From contig QPGO01000130.1 in assembly GCA_008632985.1 (NCBI GenBank), forward strand, positions 1 to 64,000: a stretch of 64,000 nt of DNA, in the 5' to 3' direction. Made by a program: the position numbers and the translations under genes. The notes below the pieces were generated by a model. The model saw nothing but the letters and a program-made list of their open reading frames with translations, was not told the origin of the DNA and did not search any database. Of the stretch, positions 48,301-60,512 are shown one piece after another. Origin of the DNA: Psammoneis japonica. Lineage: Eukaryota. Each line of letters starts with the position of its first letter. The stretch's first letter is position 1.

Positions 48301-51300
48301 GGTGCTCGACCTGGACATAGCCAGAGGCGTGGTCGACAAAGATGCAACCGCCCTTGAATTGCTTGGACGTGGCTTTGCCACAAGAGTTGAAGGTGCGGCC
48401 TAAAAGGCACGACTCAAAATGATCAACGCTGACAGCCTGACCCGGTCGAAGATGGTCAGCTCGAAGGGCCCCGTCGCGTTCAGGGACTGTCGACTTGTGA
48501 GTAGATCCAAGAGAGCGTCCATGACCTTTAGCATGTTCGCATGCCTCACATCTTGGGTGGTCACACTTCGCTGCGGACTTGAAACGGTTCGAAAGGAACG
48601 GAACTGCGCGGAGAAGTGCTTGGACGCGACCAAAGTTCAAATGGCCAAAACGGGCGTGCATTTCGAGAAGAAGCTTTTGGCCTGCCGTGAGGTTTTGATT
48701 CTCCTTGTTAAGGATCTGAAGGTTCACTTGAGGAGCGGCAGATGCGCCCTTGGTCATCGACGCAACAGGCAAGTGGCTTGATGGATGATGTGGCACGACC
48801 AACTTGCCCATCCCGTCAACATGTAAACGGAAAGTGGTTTCATCGCCCTCATGCTTCCCACGTGCCCCCTTCTCTTCGTTGAAGAGGCGTTGAGGCGATG
48901 GCAGGCGCTGACGGGCTCCAGGGACGCAGTGTGCCATGGTGTTCAGTTGGATGGTAGCCCCACTCGGCGTTGTGAACACCCACGCAACCGGACCGGCACC
49001 CTGGATGGCAAGACCGTTGGCAATCCCATTGATCTGCAAGGGTTTCTTGGGAACAGTCATGGGCCCCGTAAAATCATCTTTGTCGGGGGCAACAGCTAAC
49101 GTGGCACCAGTGTCCATGACGACCGTGAGAGCCTCGTCCGACAGACCGATGAGTGCCTGCGGATCGGATGCAAGGAGGTCGGCTTGTGATTGTCCGGTGA
49201 GCAGTTGGATGGTGGAGGCATTGTAGACGACTGGTCTGACACTTGCTTCCTCCAACAGTTCCACAGGATCTTGAAAATGGGCAGTGTCCACGACATGATG
49301 CAGCAGACAGAGCTCGTCAAACCGGAAGAAATCCGGGCTGAAGTCCTCAAGAGCGTCAAAGAAACACTTCTGGTCGTCGAGAGGTTCCAGTTCCTCACAG
49401 GCATCAAAGAAGGCTGATTCGTCTATCGCATCAGACCGTTCAGCTACTTCTAGGCTCTCCCAGTGGGCCTTGAGACGAGTGCTCAGTGCGTGTGACGGAT
49501 GGCGCGCGACAAACTCGGTGAGCACTTGCGTGCCTTTGATCCTGTGATGTTCGAACAGTGACCCCGAATCTAACACTATCCGGTCATCTGGCTCTTCCAC
49601 AATGTGGTAGACTTGAGAGCCAGCGGTCGAAAAACGACTTGGTGCGTTCGAGAATGGATGCTCGGGCTGTTGACCGGCGTAAACTGCTGACCACACCATC
49701 ACTGCAACGGACAGGACCATCCAGGAGGCTGGAAACCCGTGCAAAGTTGGGAGTTTGCGCTGGCGGCGTAGAGCTCGAGGGATGCATGGGATCGGAGCAA
49801 AGCAAAGATGCAGTGCCGTTTCCCAAAACATGGCGGCGAGCCAGAATGTGAATGGCTTGACTCGACCCAAGAGTGAGCGACGCGAAGTGGGCTCGTCTTC
49901 GACGTCCTCGTGACAATCATCCGCATCCAGGACCTCTGGATCGTAGAAATCGAAGCCACGATACGTAACACACGGAGGCAAGTCGCAGCATGCGTCTTCA
50001 AAGTGTACGTCGTGTTCAAGGATGAGATCTAACTTGGTGTCGTCTGACAGCACATCCGTCAAATGTGCGGGAGCGTCAAAGAACTCATCTGGATGCTTGA
50101 CAGAGCACAGCTTCGAGGCCGGAAACAACTCAATAGCCGGTGGTTCGTTTTCAAAGGTAGAGAAAGCGTCGGAGTGTTCGTAGAAGTCATCGGCATCTTC
50201 GGGAGTGACAGTCTCAACCACGATGGGAGACACGACTGGATCCACGACTGAGGTGAGTGCAGGTGGGCTCGTTTCGATGCAAACCACCTCAGTGCTAACG
50301 ACTGCATCGCTCTCCCTCTCGGCCGAAGAAGCCGGAGTAACAACAATTGCAGCAGCAACAGGGGCGGAACAGAAATCCGGGTCGGCAACGGGATCCGTAG
50401 CCGCGCACCACATTCCCGTGAAAGCCAACTCGTCGGGGTCGGATTCGTCTCCCTCTGGTGCCTTGGCAGTCTGAGCGGGCGGACCCATGGGCACGCCACC
50501 ATCCGGATCAGCAACGGAAGACAAATTCCCGGCTGGGGTCTCCTTGGGAGGTTGCCTGCGGTCGTCGGTATGTTCTGCGGTAGAGTGCTTCTGGCAGATT
50601 CCAGGTTTGTCGGCACCCTTCGCCTTGCACGTGGCACACCACTTCCATTCCTTGCCATTCTTATCCTTCTTCGTTTCTCCGTCAAATTTAGTGCGCCAGG
50701 CAGCGATGGGTCGCCTCTTCTTCTTGGAAGGGTCGTCTGCAGGCGGCGGATTGGGAGGAGGATCGTCGCGCGGCGGTTTGGCGTTGCACTTCGGACACGT
50801 CTTCTTGGTGCACCCCTCGAGACCGCAACCATGACAGTGCTTCGTCTTCCCAGGGTCATCCGTAGTCGAAAGATTACTCTCGGGTAGCTTGGCGACTAAT
50901 GCAGGCCATTCCCCGTCCTTCACGAGTTCGTTGTGTTGCTCTTGAATCCACGCAATGACACTGACCGGTCCGAGCGTTTTGCAATCGCTGTCGGACACAA
51001 TGTCAGCAGGATTCTTGAGGCGGCACTTGCGTTCCACAGCCTTGACGTCGTCGAGCTTGTTGTAGACTCGGCGATTGAAGCATTCAGAGGACGTAGAGGA
51101 GATCTTGTGGAGCAGCTTGGAGCTTGTGTTCGCCGGAAGCGCGCAGTCGGTCTGCACAATTTTCACGATGCGAAGAGCTTCGGTGGCAAAGTCCGTGCAA
51201 TCCTCGCCGGGACAGTCAACCAAACTGAGGTCTTCTGGCTGCTTCTCAGCCGTCTCAACATCCGTTAGAGCGCCAGCATTGCAAGTGTCGAGAGCCATCA

Positions 51301-51946
51301 TGAACAGAACAGATCCAGGGCAGTCTTGGCAGTCCGAAAGATGGTTGAACTTGGTCTCGATTTTCTCGCGAAAGGTGTCAGTGATTCTTGAGTGAACGAG
51401 AAGTTGAGAGAGCCCGATGTCGTCGAGCTCGATCTCGTCGTACTTGGTGTCATCGGTGGCTGCTTTCCCAACCGTGTACTCGTTCACGAGATCGGTCACA
51501 GCAAACTCGTGAAGATGGTCGAAGACACACTGAACCTTGTCGTCGCTGTCCTTGACATGGTAGAACGTCTGCTGACCGTGGGCTTCTACTAGATCTCGAA
51601 TGGTCTTGACGAAATGGTCCTTGTCAAGCTCGTTGATGGGACCGTCCGAAATCTCAAGTCGACCGTTGAACTTGGAAGTCATTGCGGAAGCTTGTTGATC
51701 GCGGAGAGATCGTTCTATCGAGTCGAGAGCCTTGGGATGACGGCGCTGAGAGGCGAATCGGCAGGTTCCATCGTTGGATTGTTCGCAGTTGTTGTTGAGT
51801 TTGGAACCACCAATGTAAACCCCGTGGGTTGGGTGAATTCCACCACGTGACGGCTTGGTTGGAGCCGGAGGAGCGGTCGCCGCGGCGTTGGCGGCCATTG
51901 CATCGGCAAACGCCTTCGCCAGAACATCTGGATCGATGGCAGCCAT
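45355..51946 (-). pseudogene. Copia gag-pol polyprotein; one frameshift near 47.85 kb; RT active site mutated
   Basis: WKWCATC..H..EH (gag), MDTGAT (protease), HARFGH..CEAC, VSVDH and HQNGIAER (integrase), HVDD (for YVDD), YVDSDFAG, EDNSAC and RTKHI (RNase H). Confidence 0.95.
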
Positions 51947-52094
51947 GACAGAGAGTGCAGCATGAGAGGTTCTTGTTAGAGTGAAGACGAGAGAAGCGAG
52001 AGAGACTCAGCCATTTCCCGGGTTTGCTTCAAAATCAAAAACCGAAAGCGTCCGTGACGATGACTTGGTCAGGAGCTCTCGTCAACGCGCAAAT

Positions 52095-52109
52095 TGGTCT
52101 CTGTGACCA
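52095..52109 (-). promoter_or_regulatory. Putative primer-binding site
   Basis: TGGTCACAGAGACC abuts the 5' LTR on the minus strand, with the first T shared with the LTR end. Confidence 0.55.
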
Positions 52110-52343
52110 GTCGAGATGCAGTCCTGCAGCTGAGCAGGATGGATGAGACCTCGGAGGTTGGCAGCAATGTGAATGGCGACAGAGGTAAACAGACGCTTGT
52201 TGAAAGTCGTTGTCTAGAAATTATGACGAATGTCGTTGCTTCTGTTTGAATCGATTTTGTGATGAGCTGATCATTTCGAAGAGAAAATCTGAGTCTGGGT
52301 TGCAGTCGTGAGATGCGACCAGAATGAGCGTTGAGTCGTGACT
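52109..52343 (-). repeat. 5' LTR
   Basis: Direct repeat of 45100-45333. Confidence 0.95.
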
Positions 52344-53163
52344 CCTGTCCCACAGTTCGCTTTGTCAAACTGGCCATCAGCATTCTGCTTTCTGTGCTCT
52401 GCAATTTTTGTTTTTGCGGCAGTGCCAGTTTCTCCATTTTGCACACTTTGCCACCTTGTTGATTGCCCTGGCTGGCAACATTGCTGGCAGATGAGTGGAT
52501 CAGCAGGGAAACATCTCAAAGGATTCTGCTGCATGCTGCAGGCCAAAGTGAGAACCCCCGGGTGGGACTCCACTGCACTGTGCATCCAGGTGAGGGAGTG
52601 TGGTGGACAACAGGATCCAACCCCCCTCTGACAAAGCACTGTGCTGGCATTTCCCAGCTGTGGCACATGGCCGTTGTTGGGCTCTGCAGTGTGTGGGCAC
52701 TTGCCCAGCAAATGGGAGGCATGCAGGCAGGTGTGCAGAACACATGATGTTGTGGTTTGCACCTGCCAGGTGCAACATGGCCACACAACATTGCTGTGGT
52801 GGTGTGATGGCACAGCAGGAAGTCTTGCTGATGGCATGGTTTGCAGTTGCCAGGTGACACTGAACACACAACTGCACATTGGAGCTGGCTTGCGATTGCT
52901 TCTTGCTTGACATTGCAAACAACTGCATGCTGTGAGAGAGTGTGCTGCTGCCCTCCGCTTGCGTGAGAAGCAAAGGTGGCTGCACTTCAAAGCACTTGTT
53001 ATGACAGCCCTTTTGGCTGAGCAAAAGCCCTCCAAACTGTCCAAAAAATGGTGCTGCACAGGGGTGCTTTGCTTTGAGGTGTGATGCTCCTAAAGTGGCG
53101 CTCCAAGCATCCTCCTCAGCCCCCCCCCCCCCATGTCCTCTCCATTGTGCTCACTCCTTTTTT

Positions 53164-53292
53164 CAATTGTGCATTTTTTCATCATGTGAAAATGCTCTCT
53201 TGACAGCACAAAATCCTCTCTGTTTGTGCTCGCTTCTTTTTTCCATTGTGCACTTTTTGTCATGTGAAAATGCTCTCTTGACAGCACAAAAT
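53164..53292. repeat. Two-copy tandem repeat (about 79-bp period)
   Basis: ATTGTGCA..TTTT..CATGTGAAAATGCTCTCTTGACAGCACAAAAT occurs twice. Confidence 0.8.
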
Positions 53293-53964
53293 GTGTGTGT
53301 GTGTTCTTCTGCCCACCGGTGCACTCCACAGATTTGCTCCCCACATCTTTTGCAGCCTCATCATTGTTTCCCCACAAAAGATCTCCTTTCTTGCAGCACC
53401 CACACTTGCAGAAAAGAGCAGCAGCACTCCTCTGGTGGTCTGCAGAAAAATGCAGTTTTTTGGCATGCACTTGTGCAGCATTGTTGACAAAAAGTTGCAG
53501 TTGCCAAAACAAGAGCATGGGAGCCGCCAAGATTGCCTGGGAGATGTCACTGTGTGTTTTTGCTTCCTCTTTTTTTCATGGAAGCTGCGGTCAGACTCAA
53601 GGGTCTCAAGGGTCCAGAGGGGGAGCAATTTTGCCAGAAATTAGGGAATTTCTCAGAAAAAGAAAGCAGGAGCCCAGTTTTTGGTGAGTGCTGCTGGTGT
53701 GCTGCCACACGGACATTGTGCACGCTGTGCACTGCACGCTGAATGGTGCTCCTGTTGCACTGGTGGGAGCTCACAACCCATGTGCTCCAGACAAAATGAC
53801 CTGGTGGACATCATCAGCCCCATCTTTTTTGTCTTTTGCTTTGGTGCTGTTCCTGCCAGCACTGCTTGGAAGCAGTGCTCCATGCTTCATTTTGAAACAG
53901 TTTGTCATTGTCAGCACAAGTGTGGTTAAATCAACAGTTGCTGTGAAAGAAAGTGGCCTGGTCT

Positions 53965-54365
53965 CACATTGGCATGGCAGCTCTGGGACTTTGTTTCAAC
54001 TTGCTGTGCTCTGGAGGTTGCTTTGTCTGCTTTTTCACACACACTTCAAACCGTGCTGGTCCAGTCCCATGTCAAAATTTTTGCCAACCCCAACCCTGAC
54101 AACCCTGGCCCAAATCTTGTGTTGGCATGGTGGCTCTGGGCTTTTGTTTCAACTTGCTGTGCTCTGGAGGTTGATTTGTCTGCTTTTTCACAGACTTCAA
54201 ACCATGGTCCATGTCAAATTTTTGCCAACCCCAACCCTGACGACCCCAACCCAAATCTCATGTTGGCATGGTGGCTCTGGGCTTTCGTTTCAACTTGCTG
54301 TGCTCTGGAGGTTGATTTGTCTGCTTTTTTGCACACTTTGAACCATGGTCAATGTCAAATTTTTG
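53965..54365. repeat. Three-copy tandem repeat (about 140-150 bp)
   Basis: TTGGCATGG..GCTCTGGG...TTTCAACTTGCTGTGCTCTGGAGGTTG at about 53969, 54122 and 54263. Confidence 0.88.
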
Positions 54366-55994
54366 CTGAAATCAATGCCAACTGGCCAAACAAAAAAGTC
54401 ATTTTTTTGCAGCTGTGTGCTTGAGACATTTGTTTCTCTTGGGTGGGTCAGTTGGTGACAATTGAGTTTGTTTGAAAGGGACAAAGAAGCAGCCACAATG
54501 AAGGATGCAAGAAGGCAGCTTTGTGAGCACTTCCACTGAGCACAGATTGCTGTGGGTCTTTTGCATGCTGTGCAGCAGTGCAGCAAAAATGAGAGCTTGG
54601 CTCATGCAAAAGTAACTTTGGAGCTGCCACCAACCCACCTGTGCCCCCATTCAAGGTTTTTGGCCTTTTCTTTCCATCTTCAATGGCGACATCAAGCCAG
54701 AAAAGCAGCTTTGTGCATGCATCAAGCCAGAAACAAGGAACTCTCCCCACAACCTTCAACCTGTCCATTGTTCGAAAAAAAATCAATTTGCGAGGCAAGC
54801 TGTCAGATTTGCGAGGTGAGCTGCAAGATCTGGAGCTTGAGATCTTCTTTCTGGACCAGAATCCCAATGCTTCCGTGAGTCAGAAAGAAACTGTCCAAAG
54901 CAAGATTGAAGGCAAAAAACATGACATCAAAATCAAGCAAAAAGAATTGAAGGTGCTGGAGGCGCACGTTGGTGACTCCACACTCGGATCGGCTGGGGGC
55001 CACAACAGCCATGGTGACTTCGGATCAACTGGGGGTTGCACAAGTCCCAGTGTCTCATAAAGTGGAGTTGTGTTGGTGGCTTGAGCAGCGTGGTTTTTTG
55101 GATTGGAGGAATGGAACATCTGCAACTTTTGGAAGAATTTCCAGGTCAAGCATGCCATCATGTGACTGCATCAGCATTGGGTCGAGGGTGGGGTGGGGGG
55201 AGTTGGCAAGTGAGCTCGCTCATCATGAAGGGTAAAGGGGACTCTAAGGATGGCTCAATGTGTGCAGAAAAGCAGCAATGCCTGCTGCCACACAAGCAAA
55301 AATGTGGCAGCAGCCACACAGTCTCTACAGAGCTTGTGCATTTTGTCTTTAGTGCTTCATGTTGGACATGAACAAAACTTGGATCAGCAGACATCACAGT
55401 TTCTATTAACACCGCCTCTTTGTCATCCCGTGCGTGTCCTTTCAACACAAGAGAGATGCATGGATTCCAGGAAGCTGCCACAGTGTAGCGAGATGTTTGA
55501 CGAGGTTGTGGGTTCTGCTGGCACCACAGAGATGACTGGTCTAAAAGAAGACTGTGGGTGGCCATCAAGTGACAGACTTGGAAAAGGCTTTGAGTCTGCT
55601 TTCCACCATGCATGTTGGCTGATGATGCACAACGCCATGAGAACCCTGCACTGTGCAGTGCAGCACCCATGGCAAACATTAAAACACAAGAAATCCCAAC
55701 TTCCAATTGTCCCAGTTTATCTGACCACAGAGCAAAGATGAGCTTCACAACTGGGAAATGACATGTGTCGTTCTTGTTGCAATCTGGGTCACAGTGTGAC
55801 ACTTTGTCTGTGGCTTGATGCAGCTGCTTCAAGGAGTCTAAAATGAAAGATCCAAGTTGCAATTTGTGGGATTGAGGAAGTGCCATCATGCAGAGGCAAA
55901 TGATGTCCTGATGTGCATTCACATGTGGGGAGTGAAAAATCAACCATCAACAGTGCATCCCAAATGAGCCGTGTGCTTCTATGCTCTTGAGAAA

Positions 55995-56380
55995 TTCAAC
56001 AAGTGAGGGCATCTTGTTCCAGCACCAACAGGCATTTCAAGAGTGCTTCACAATTTTGTTCAAAGTTCTTGCCACCCAGAACCTGAGTTGTGCACCATTG
56101 GCTCAAAATCCTTTGCATCTTGCATGAAAGGTCCATGTGAAAAGGAAGGAATGCCCAAATTCAAAAGTGGCTGTCTGCCATTGAGTTGGCAAGACAACGT
56201 TGCACATGCTCGTTCATGCACTTTGAACTTTTCATTCACATGAAAGCTGTGAGCAGCAAAGACAACAAGGATTTTGACTCTCCACCTGACGAGCTGTGCA
56301 CCATTGGCTCAAAATTCCTAGAATCTTGTGTAAAAAGTCCTTGCGACAAGGAAGGAACATCAGAGCGTGCATTGCAGTGA
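55995..56380 (+). pseudogene. Hypermutated paralogue of about 39170-39440
   Basis: AACCTGAGTTGTGCACCATTGGCTCAAAATCCTTTGCATCTTGCATGAAAGG versus AACCTGAGCTGTGTACCATCGATACAAAATCCCTTGCGTCTTGCGTGAAAGG. Confidence 0.75.
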
Positions 56381-56974
56381 TCCAGACCACCTTTCTCACA
56401 GCAACTTTTTTAATCTGTTGCAGTGCAAAATTCTGATGTTTCAAAGCTTGACAGTTGTGCAGCTGGCAACCACATGTCAACTGTGACAGATGAACATTTT
56501 TATGCTGTGAGATCAGACCCCCCCCTCCCCATGAGGAAAACATGTTTGACTGTGAAAGAGGGACACATTTTCCCTGTGAGAGTGCCCACCCTCTGTCCCT
56601 GCAAAACCTGCAAATTAAAATCATTTGCGCTGCACCACGAACATTCTGTTTTGTTGTTTGCATTTAAATTGAATGATGCTGACGGAGACAACACTCTAGA
56701 GTTTGCAGCAGCAGCTGCAACAGCTCGCTTTCTTGAAGTGCCACTGCTGGCAGCCACCTTGTTCATTGCCAAAAAAAGTGCAGAATGCGTTGTGAGAGTG
56801 CAGTGTGGATGAACTGACACTGTCAACAGGAATGGCCACATGGGCTTGCCGGTGCATCCGGTGCCACTGATTCTGGAGCAGGCAAGTTTGCAGCACCGCA
56901 GAGAGACTTGAGAAGCCTTTTAAAATGAGCCTGACAACTCAGGCAACCTCCAATGGGTTGCCTCCCCACTCTCT

Positions 56975-57262
56975 GCCTCTGCAGTCTTTCTGGATCTGGA
57001 CATGGAAATTGGAGAAGACGGATGCAACGCAAGTGAACATGTCAAAAACCAATGAAGCTCTTTTGTGCATGCCCTTTTTGAAGAGTGTCACATGTGGTGA
57101 ACAACTTTTCATGTGTGCAATTCTGAGAGCTGCAGGAACAAGCACTGCCTGCAGTCTTTCTGCATCTGGGTGCAGAAATTGGAGAAGGCGGATTTGTTGT
57201 TGGCAAATGTGTCAAAAACCAATGAACCTCTTTTGCACATGCCTTGTTTAAAGAAGTGTCAT
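56975..57262. repeat. Two-copy tandem repeat (about 170-bp period)
   Basis: CTGCAGTCTTTCTG.ATCTGG...GAAATTGGAGAAG...TGTCAAAAACCAATGAA occurs twice. Confidence 0.8.
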
Positions 57263-59389
57263 TTGTGGAAACTTGTGATGATTCTGGGTGCAAAACTCTG
57301 GCATGCAAGATCACACCAACACTGCAAAAAAGCAAGTTTGTGATGTGCGTGCACACAAAAACATGCCAGCAGCTCAGCATTCTGGATGTGGTGGTGGATT
57401 CGTGGCAGACACTTGCAATCATGAAACTCAAGCTGTGCCTGAATCAAAACCCATCTTGACTGACCAGAAGGACAGCAGGTTTCACCATGCGTTGAGCTGC
57501 TGTCATCAGCCAATGGTTGTTGATTTGCAGATTTGCGACCACACGCAGGATCCACGGGCACCCACGTGAATCATGACAGCAGTCTGCACACTCTCGTTTT
57601 TCAAATTTTGGGGAGAGGGTGCACTGTCACAAAGTGTGCAGAAAATTGTGCATGTAAAAAACACACTGAAAATGCCACAGTCCAATGGGCTGCACAAATC
57701 TGGGAAACATGAAGAAAAACAAAGGTTGGTCACGTGCGTGTGTGAAGCACTGCATGTGCAGTGGACTGCACATGTGCAAAGACACACGCACGTGAGTGAG
57801 GAGGACAAAGTCAAAACCAAGTTCAAATTGATTGCAATCAAAAGGAAACCAAACCATGCATCACAAAAGACAGATTTCAGTCCCAATTGCAAATGCAGCA
57901 TTGCACGCATTTGATTGAAGCTTGTGCAAGAAAAGTTGATGAGACATCAGATGAAATGCACAAAACAGCTGCATTTTGTTGAGCACTTTTGTTGGCATTT
58001 TTTTTTAAAAATTCTGCTTGTCAACTCTCATGAACTCTTTGTTTGCCACAGCAAAACGAGTTTTTTTTTTGTGTGGCACAACTCAGAGCACCCAACACAA
58101 AGACAACCAACATGGCACATTGCCGTTTGGAGTCATTGCAGTTGACAGTGCCCCGAAGCCATGCGGGGCGATTGCTGTCACAGCAAGGTGCATTGTGATG
58201 GCTTGGCTTGGTGTGCTGTTGTGTTGCCATCTTGTTTTCACTTTGTGACTCACCAGCTGTTGCATCAGCATTTCTTGCATCATGACAGGTGTGACCGACC
58301 ATCATCAACAGAGTGGGTGTTGTCGTTTTTGTCATCCACAGGACAGAATCTGGTGGAATGTCAAACAAATGGGTGAGAGCATGCACCACAATGCTGTTGT
58401 TCTGTTGCATCAGATTGTCCTTTTTTGCATTTCATGTTCCCTCAGCTGACCCTTGCTTTTTGTGCCACTGTTTTCTGCTTTACAGTGCAAAATCACGGTT
58501 GTTCATGTCATGGGCATGATGGACACAGATGATGGCAAGCATGTCTCCATGCTTGCCTTCAGTTCCCTCAACACTGCTGTGGAGAATGCCAATTTGGAGT
58601 CCTGTGTGGCTCCCACAGCCACTGCTTGACCTCCAGCACTGCCGTCAGAAATTGCAACTGCTTCACCCATCATTTCTTGCACTGATGGACAAAAGAAAAA
58701 ACAAGGTGAGCCTCCACTGATCTTGGTTGCATCCATTTGCAGGAGACCAGCCCTTTGCCATTTGTCCACCAAATGCCTTTTTCTCTCTTGTTCATTTGCA
58801 CAAGCTCACGCGCACCACACAAAAAACACACCCTGCACTGCGATCCTCTGAGAGGCATCCTGACAAGGAAGTCGCAGCAAAGGAGACATCCAGGCACTGT
58901 GGATGAGGCTCTCTTGGCCAACAAGAACAAAAAAGCTGAGCAGAAGACTGCCAATGTAATTGTTTGAGGGTGTTGCTGTCAACACATCTAAAATGCAGGT
59001 TGAGCACAACGTGGTGCAACAACCACCAGTTTAAAATTGGAAATGTGCGTGTCTGTCGTCTGTTGCACATGCACTGCTCCATGCTGCAGCTTGATTGAAT
59101 GTGCACCTTGCAGCTGTAGAAAAATGCTCTTTCGGCAAACACATGGTCTCACACATGGAAAGACCTGTTGACCAAAGAAAGGGAGGAAGAGGCCTGTGCG
59201 GGAAGAAGAACTTGTGCACAACAAGAGAGCGATGAAAACATTCGTTCACATGTGTCAGTGTGCAGTGCCAAGATGTGTGTGCATCTGCACACCGTGCAAA
59301 AAAATCTGTGCCAATCCATCCTGGCAAACAAAGAGAAATTTACAAAGGAAAGTGGCAGAAACCACTGTGTTGCAGCCTCTGATGAATGA

Positions 59390-60362
59390 ACAAATTCAAA
59401 AGTGGCTGTCAACCATTGAGCAGGTGAGACAACATGTTGCATGCTCATTCGTGCACTTTGAACTTTCCATTCATGCAAAAACTGTGAGCAGTGCAGATGA
59501 CAAAGATTTTGAGTTTCCACAAAGTGAAGACCTTTGCAGCAAGCAATGCTTCAATGCTCAATGCTGACAATGCATTGTGAGCAGTCGTGTCTTTTTCTTC
59601 TGGAGGTGCTTTAGATGAGGGCTTGCAAAAAGGTGGTGAATTGGATGCAGTCAACACCAACAAATGAGCCAGGTTTTGATGCTGATGGAATCATGTTCAA
59701 GTTGAATGCGTCCTGGTCTGTTGATGAGCACATTGTCAAGCTCTTTCTTGGCATGATGGCTGCTTTGGGGTTGGTTGTCATTGTGCATCCCTTGATGCAT
59801 GTTCTGTGCATCAGCTCTCTTCACATGTTGCTTGTTTTCTTTGTCAAGGCCAAACGTGAAGCAAACAGCATCAGAGAGGCTGCAAAGCTTTTGTGCAGCC
59901 CTGTGTCCTGCTGCACGCACTCCATTTTCTGTCCTCAAGTTGGAGGCCAAGAAAGTGGAAGTGCTGTTTCTTTAAACCACCATTTTCTCTGACAACATTG
60001 TTGAAACTGCCACACTGGGTGCACTTGAAGTGCTTGTGAACTTTCTTCTCTGTCAGAAGCTCAAATCAAGCCAGTGAAGCATGCGCAGTTGTTGGGGTTG
60101 TGTTTTTCTCTTTTTTTTTTTTTTAAATTCTGCATCTCTGTGAACAGGCAACTTTGAGATCTCCCGGTGTTTATGAACAACTGGCAAGCTGTGCAGCAAC
60201 CGGGAGTCCAAAAGAGGAACTTCAAGATCATTGCACATCGCAGCACCCCAAAACGAGCTGTCCACAGCTCTTTTCGGAAGGATTGTGGGTCTGCTCTCAC
60301 GAGAACGTCCTTGTCATGATTCTACCTGCAGTTCCAAATCCCGCAACTCTCCCAGAAGAGAG
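59390..60362 (+). pseudogene. Hypermutated paralogue of about 39320-40811
   Basis: Shared anchors TTTCTTTGTCAAGGCCAA, GCTCAAATCAAGCCAGTGAAGCA and GTCATGATTCTACCTGCAGTTCCAA. Confidence 0.8.
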
Positions 60363-60465
60363 ATGACAACAAAACCTCATGAGGATGATGCCCAATGGGG
60401 CGACAGGCTTTCCGCGCACAGGATGGTCGGTGATGTGTTTTTCGCACGAGGCTGTGTCCAGCAAG

Positions 60466-60469
<4 letters not shown>

Positions 60470-60509
<40 letters not shown>
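60470..60509. repeat. (GA)n microsatellite
   Basis: About 20 GA units. Confidence 0.97.

Positions 60510-60512
<3 letters not shown>

Larger units (their letters stand above)
45100..52343 (-). mobile_element. Full-length Ty1/copia LTR retrotransposon (CoDi-like) with 5-bp TSD CCTGT
   Basis: Two LTRs of about 234 bp; CCTGT at 45095-45099 and 52344-52348; gag-PR-IN-RT-RH domain order. Confidence 0.96.
52349..60360. other. Heavily decayed CpG/TpA-depleted domain with internal tandem repeats and gene relics
   Basis: TG/CA-saturated; many spurious Cys/His-rich ORFs. Confidence 0.7.

Noticed and set aside
1161..51946. Alternative genetic code or RNA editing explaining Tyr->Cys/His
   Set aside because: Host genes in the same window use TAY normally, and non-coding LTRs show the same changes.
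54678..55060. Coiled-coil ORF as a functional gene
   Set aside because: Short, Tyr-free, embedded in decayed DNA and of no recognisable family; at most a relic.
43690..60360. Classical RIP or CpG deamination as the sole cause of the TG/CA excess
   Set aside because: C->T changes cannot turn TAY into TGY or CAY, and CpA-directed RIP would raise TA rather than remove it.
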